Below are positions 59,820 to 64,000 of a DNA stretch of 64,000 nucleotides, one piece after another (the stretch's first letter is position 1; each line of letters opens with the position of its first letter). Below the pieces are notes generated by a model, which did not search any database, was not told the origin of the DNA, and saw only the letters and a program-made list of their open reading frames with translations. A program made the translations under genes and the position numbers. This DNA is from an uncultured Acetobacteraceae bacterium (GTDB lineage: Bacteria > Pseudomonadota > Alphaproteobacteria > Acetobacterales > Acetobacteraceae): the NCBI GenBank assembly GCA_903877125.1, contig CAIRCM010000191.1, positions 11,087-75,086 of the forward strand, in the 5' to 3' direction.

Positions 59820-60974
59820 ATGTTGATGAGTGCCGACCGCATCCTGGTCAGTCACGTCGGCAGCCTGCCGCGCCCTGCGCTGCTGACCGACCTGCTGATC
59901 CGCGGCGAAGCCGGCGAAACCATCGACCCAGCGGTCTTCGCCAAGGAAGTCGAGCACGCCACCGAACAGGCCATCGCCAGGCAGGTTGCCGCCGGCGTCG
60001 ATGTCGGTAACGATGGAGAACAGTCTCGCGTCGCCTTCCAGACCTACGTGCCCCGCTGCATGTGCGGATTCGGCGGCGAATCGAAACGCCCGCCCGCCCG
60101 CGATCAGCAGCAGTTCCCCAGCTACGTCCGACAGTCCGCCGCGCGCTTTCCGCATTCGGCCCGGGCGATGAACGCGCCCGCGGCGCTCGCCGAAGTGCGC
60201 TATGTCGATCGCAAACCGATCGACGAGGACGCCGCCCGCCTCAAGCGTCTGGGCACCGGTTTTCGGGAATGTTTCATGACGGCGCCATCGCCCGGCATCG
60301 TCGCCACCACGATGCTGAACCAGCATTACGACAGCCACGAGGCCTACGTCATGGCGCTGGCCAAGGCGCTGGCCAACGAATATCGCGCGATCCACGAGGC
60401 CGGACTGATCCTGCAGATCGACAGCCCCGACTTGGCGATGGAACGCCACCGCTTCTTCGATCATCTCACCGAGGCCGAATTCCTCGGCCAGCTCGAAATG
60501 CATATCGCCGCGATCAATCTGGGGCTGGAAGGCATCCCCCGCGACCGCGTCCGCCTGCATGTCTGCTGGGGCAACAACGATGGACCGCACCTCTACGACA
60601 TCCCGATGTCGACCATCCTGCCGGCATTGTACAAGGCCCATGTCGGCGCCCTGTCGATCGAATTCGCCAACCCCCGGCATCAGCACGAATACGCCGCGCT
60701 ACGGAACAATCCGCTGCCGCCGCATATGCTGCTGATGCCGGGCGTCCTGGATACGACAACCAACATCGTCGAACACCCCGAGCTGATTGCCCGCCGGCTG
60801 GAAGAAGCGGTTGCCGTGGTGGGCGACCGCGAACGGGTGATCGCCGGCACGGACTGTGGGTTCGGCACCTTCGCGGGCCGCGAATACGTGGCGGAGGAGG
60901 TCGTATGGGTAAAGCTCGCCGCGGCGGCTGAAGGCGCGCGTATCGCGTCGCGACGCCTGTGGGGGCGGCGCTGA
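59820..60974 (+). CDS. Second cobalamin-independent methionine synthase II family protein (MetE C-terminal domain only)
   Basis: SHVGSLPRP, NDGEQSR and Zn ligands LHVCWGN, SIEFAN, TDCGF. Confidence 0.87.
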   Translation: MLMSADRILVSHVGSLPRPALLTDLLIRGEAGETIDPAVFAKEVEHATEQAIARQVAAGVDVGNDGEQSRVAFQTYVPRCMCGFGGESKRPPARDQQQFPSYVRQSAARFPHSARAMNAPAALAEVRYVDRKPIDEDAARLKRLGTGFRECFMTAPSPGIVATTMLNQHYDSHEAYVMALAKALANEYRAIHEAGLILQIDSPDLAMERHRFFDHLTEAEFLGQLEMHIAAINLGLEGIPRDRVRLHVCWGNNDGPHLYDIPMSTILPALYKAHVGALSIEFANPRHQHEYAALRNNPLPPHMLLMPGVLDTTTNIVEHPELIARRLEEAVAVVGDRERVIAGTDCGFGTFAGREYVAEEVVWVKLAAAAEGARIASRRLWGRR

Positions 60975-61026
60975 AGCCAGGGGGACAACCCTTTACCGGT
61001 CACCCACCCTATAGACCGGTATCGTG

Positions 61027-61524
61027 CTAAGCGATGTAGGCGTCGTCGCGGCTGGGAATATTACGGGACGTTCCCATCAGGCGATACACCCCCCGCAGAC
61101 CGGAAATGCCAGCACCGAAGCCACCGGAGATGCCGACATCGCCGTTGAAATCAAAATAGGTGTCGGTCCCCTTCTGGGCCAGCATGTTGGTGACGCCGAC
61201 ATTGACGCCGACGCCAACGCCGGCATTGCCGATCGCGCCCTCGGCGCCATTCAGGTCCCATCCGTTGAATGCCATGCGGGCGGGAATATCGCACCAAACG
61301 TCAGGGACGAGGCCTGGCAGGGCGAAACTGCTAAGGTTCCCCCCCAACCCAAGCCCCAGTCCGGAGAACCGGAACCGCACGGATTCGGTGGTGCTGACGG
61401 TCGGGCTGTAGAAGTCCATCAGATAGACGCCCCCGGCGATAACCACGCCCGCGCCGATGCAGCCAATCATGCACAAACGCCAGTCCCGAGCCGGTGTCGC
61501 GTAGTTCACTGGACGCGCCTTCAC
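61027..61524 (-). CDS. Hypothetical Gly-rich protein
   Basis: 3' part of the 350-aa track ORF; start GTG 61524 or ATG 61470. Motifs GAGVVIAGG, FSGLGLGLGG and NAGVGVGVNVG. Confidence 0.55.
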   Translation of the reverse strand: MKARPVNYATPARDWRLCMIGCIGAGVVIAGGVYLMDFYSPTVSTTESVRFRFSGLGLGLGGNLSSFALPGLVPDVWCDIPARMAFNGWDLNGAEGAIGNAGVGVGVNVGVTNMLAQKGTDTYFDFNGDVGISGGFGAGISGLRGVYRLMGTSRNIPSRDDAYIA

Positions 61525-61535
61525 ATCTGATGGGT

Positions 61536-62660
61536 TCAGCTCACCCCAAACAAAGCCTTCGCATTGTTCAGGAACACCGCACGCCGCTGCTCCTCCGTCA
61601 TCTTGAACGGCAGCGCCTGCGCGGGATCGTCGAAATCCCAATGCGGGTAGTCGGTGGCGAACAGAATGCGGTCCCAGCCGATCCAGTCGAACACCTCGGC
61701 CAACTGAGTCCGAGGCTCCGGCTCCTCGATCGGTTGCGTCGTGAACCAGATGTTCGACCGCAGATACTCCGACGGCAACCGCTTCAGATGCGGCAGTTCC
61801 TGCTTCAGCTTTTTGTATTGCGCATCCATCCGCCAACCCAAAGCGGCGGCCCAGGCGACACCGCCCTCGATCATGACGAATTTCAGGTTCGGAAACCGTT
61901 CGAACACGCCTTCCAGGATCAGGCTGACCGTCAACGCCTGCTGCGCCTGCGCGTGCCCGACCATTTCCTCCAGATAATACGATCCCCAGCCGGACGACGT
62001 GATCGCATTCCCGCCATAGCCGAAGGCATGCACACCGATCGGCAGGTTCGCCGCTTCCGCGGCCGCGAAGATCGGCCAATACTGCTTCTGCCCCATCGGC
62101 GTCGCGGTGCGAGACAAGAAGAGAATCTGCGCGAAGTTCTTGTCCCCCGCTCGCAGTTCGATCTCCTTCACCGAAGCGGCGGCGTCCTCATACGGCACCA
62201 CAACCGAACCCCTGAGGCGGGAATCCTTCGAAGTCCACTCCGCTTTCTGCCACTCGTTGGTCGCATGCGCCAAGGCGGCCGACAGTTCCAAATTCATCGC
62301 CCCCTGACCCGCACCCAGCGGGTTCAGGATGCCGAGCGTCACATTATTCGGGTCAAGGTGCTGCTTGGCCATGAACTCCAGATCGCTCCCCGGCGTCTTC
62401 CCCGGCGGCCAACTGTCGATCCGCGAAGCGCTCGGCTGACCCTTCGGATATGCCGAACCTTTTTCCCAGGGCTGGCGGTAGGTCACCGCGAAATTCTCGC
62501 AATGATCCTGCCAGCGCTGCGACAAGTAGGGATAGAGCGACTTGCTCACCCCGCCGATGCCAGCACCGGCCGGGCGCGGGTGAATGTCGCAATCGGCGAT
62601 CGCCAGACGGGACTGGCCAGTCACCTCGGGGATCGGGCGGTTCAGGACGTCGACGGTCAT
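61536..62660 (-). CDS. Amidohydrolase-fold (Amidohydro_2) protein, subunit 2 of a pair
   Basis: ADCDIH, GVHAFG, YLEEMVGH, MIEGG and FATDYPHWD. Confidence 0.88.
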   Translation of the reverse strand: MTVDVLNRPIPEVTGQSRLAIADCDIHPRPAGAGIGGVSKSLYPYLSQRWQDHCENFAVTYRQPWEKGSAYPKGQPSASRIDSWPPGKTPGSDLEFMAKQHLDPNNVTLGILNPLGAGQGAMNLELSAALAHATNEWQKAEWTSKDSRLRGSVVVPYEDAAASVKEIELRAGDKNFAQILFLSRTATPMGQKQYWPIFAAAEAANLPIGVHAFGYGGNAITSSGWGSYYLEEMVGHAQAQQALTVSLILEGVFERFPNLKFVMIEGGVAWAAALGWRMDAQYKKLKQELPHLKRLPSEYLRSNIWFTTQPIEEPEPRTQLAEVFDWIGWDRILFATDYPHWDFDDPAQALPFKMTEEQRRAVFLNNAKALFGVS

Positions 62661-62661
62661 G

Positions 62662-63732
62662 TCAAGTCGCTCCCTTCATGTCGTTCAGCCGAGAATAGGT
62701 CCGCAGCGGGTTTTCCGCCATGATTTTCGCCGCCAGCACCGGGTCCAACCCCGCCGGCAACGCCGCGAGGCCGTCGAACTGCCAATGCGGATAGTCGGTC
62801 GAAAACAGCAGGAATTCGTCCGATCCCATATGTTCCATCAGCCGAGCGATGCCGCCGTCATCGGGCGGGGCGTCGAAGGGTTGCAGCGTCATGCGCACCC
62901 GGTCCCGCACGATCGAGGCCGGGGGATCGCTCACCCAGGGGATCTCGGCGCGCAAACCCTTCCAGAATTTCGTCAGCCGCCAGAGATAGGCCGGCAACCA
63001 GGAAACCCCTGACTCCATCAACACCACTGTCAAATCCGGGAACTTGGCGAACACGCCCTCCGACATCAGGCTGGTCAGCTGGGATTGGAAGCCCGGCGCC
63101 TGATTGACGTAATCCTCGGTAAAATACGACGGCCAGCCGACCGGCGTGACCGGATGCCGGTAGGTACTGCCGGCATGAATGCCGATCGGCAGCCCGTGTT
63201 TCTCCGCCGCCGCGTAGATCGGCCAGTTCTGCCGACGCCCGAGCGGGATTTCGCCGCCCACCAGCAGCAACACCTGCACGAAGCGCCGGTCCACGGCCAC
63301 ACGCTCGATCTCCTCGACCGCGCGTTCGGGGTTTTGCGTCGGCACGATGATCGAGGCTCGCAGCCGGTCGTCCTTGTCCAGCCACTCCCTGGCGATCCAG
63401 TCGTTGATCGCCTGGCAGAAGGCGGCGCCAAGGTCCTCGCTGAACAGCGCCTGCGCGCCGTACAAGCAGTTCAGAATCGCGAACCGAGACCCGAACGGAT
63501 CCAGCGCCTGTTTCGCCAGCGTCTCCACCGACGTACCCGCCTTCCCCGTCGCGTCCCGCCAGTCGGATCGGAACGTCAACGGGTTGACCGAGGGGTAGCT
63601 GATCGTGTTCAGCTCCTCGAAACCGCGCCGAATCACCGTGTCCCGCCACATCTCCGGCAAGTACGGCAGCAGCGCCGCCAGGCTGGGGACGGTGGGGTGA
63701 ACGTCGCAGTCTATCGCGGCGGGGAGGGTCAC
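62662..63732 (-). CDS. Amidohydrolase-fold (Amidohydro_2) protein, subunit 1 of a pair
   Basis: IDCDVH, GIHAG, LMESG and FSTDYPHWQ. GTG start overlaps the ferredoxin stop. Confidence 0.88.
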   Translation of the reverse strand: MTLPAAIDCDVHPTVPSLAALLPYLPEMWRDTVIRRGFEELNTISYPSVNPLTFRSDWRDATGKAGTSVETLAKQALDPFGSRFAILNCLYGAQALFSEDLGAAFCQAINDWIAREWLDKDDRLRASIIVPTQNPERAVEEIERVAVDRRFVQVLLLVGGEIPLGRRQNWPIYAAAEKHGLPIGIHAGSTYRHPVTPVGWPSYFTEDYVNQAPGFQSQLTSLMSEGVFAKFPDLTVVLMESGVSWLPAYLWRLTKFWKGLRAEIPWVSDPPASIVRDRVRMTLQPFDAPPDDGGIARLMEHMGSDEFLLFSTDYPHWQFDGLAALPAGLDPVLAAKIMAENPLRTYSRLNDMKGAT

Positions 63733-64000
63733 AGCTTGACCAGCAGGTCCTCGCCCTCGGCTTTGATCTGGTAGACTGCCAGATCGGTATCTGCCGGCGC
63801 GGACATCGCCTTGCCCGTGCGGATGTCGAACTGCGCCGCGTGCAGCGGGCATTCGATGCAGCCGTTTTCCATCCAGCCTTCGGTCAGCAGCGCGTATTCG
63901 TGCGTGCAAATGTTGTCAGTGGCGTGAAACTCGCCGCCCGGCAGGTGGAAGATCGCGACCTCCCGGCTGCCGACGCGCACGCCGAGGCACTTGCCTTCCG
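63729..64000 (-). CDS. Rieske-type [2Fe-2S] ferredoxin (5' end beyond the window)
   Basis: CTH-x16-CPLH ligands, DNICTHE and QFDIRTGKA. The frame is open to the window edge (EGKCLGVRVG...). Confidence 0.9.
   Translation of the reverse strand, partial: EGKCLGVRVGSREVAIFHLPGGEFHATDNICTHEYALLTEGWMENGCIECPLHAAQFDIRTGKAMSAPADTDLAVYQIKAEGEDLLVKL

Overview
High-GC alphaproteobacterial chromosome segment. Protein families and gene order suggest an Acetobacteraceae member such as Rhodopila or Acidisphaera (inference, not a database result). It mixes housekeeping genes (mnmG-mutS-glnD, tRNA-Thr(GGT), greB, pheST, tatBC-serS, porin) with catabolic and transport modules: two peptide/nickel-family ABC cassettes, a pcaF/paaJ-type thiolase, gntR-oxc-frc for oxalate, paaABCD, an acyl-CoA dehydrogenase, a TonB-dependent receptor and two MetE-C-terminal-domain proteins. 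I found no integrase, transposase, prophage, rRNA or CRISPR array. The most interesting candidates are: (1) a tightly coupled minus-strand operon at 25922-31014 encoding a Cyc2-like monoheme cytochrome-porin, a type-1 copper cupredoxin, a chemoreceptor with a C-terminal PilZ domain and a multicopper oxidase, which may be a metal-redox or redox-taxis system; (2) a Rieske ferredoxin plus two amidohydrolase-fold genes at 61536-64000 with the architecture of AibH1H2/AibG-type dinuclear oxygenases; (3) a palindromic repeat family with three copies, one inserted in frame inside a ThiE-like gene; (4) an orphan Gp5/VgrG N-terminal OB-fold gene; (5) an unannotated 54-aa membrane protein. Many starts were trimmed by eye from the ORF track to the most plausible codon. 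All functional calls come from motif recognition only.
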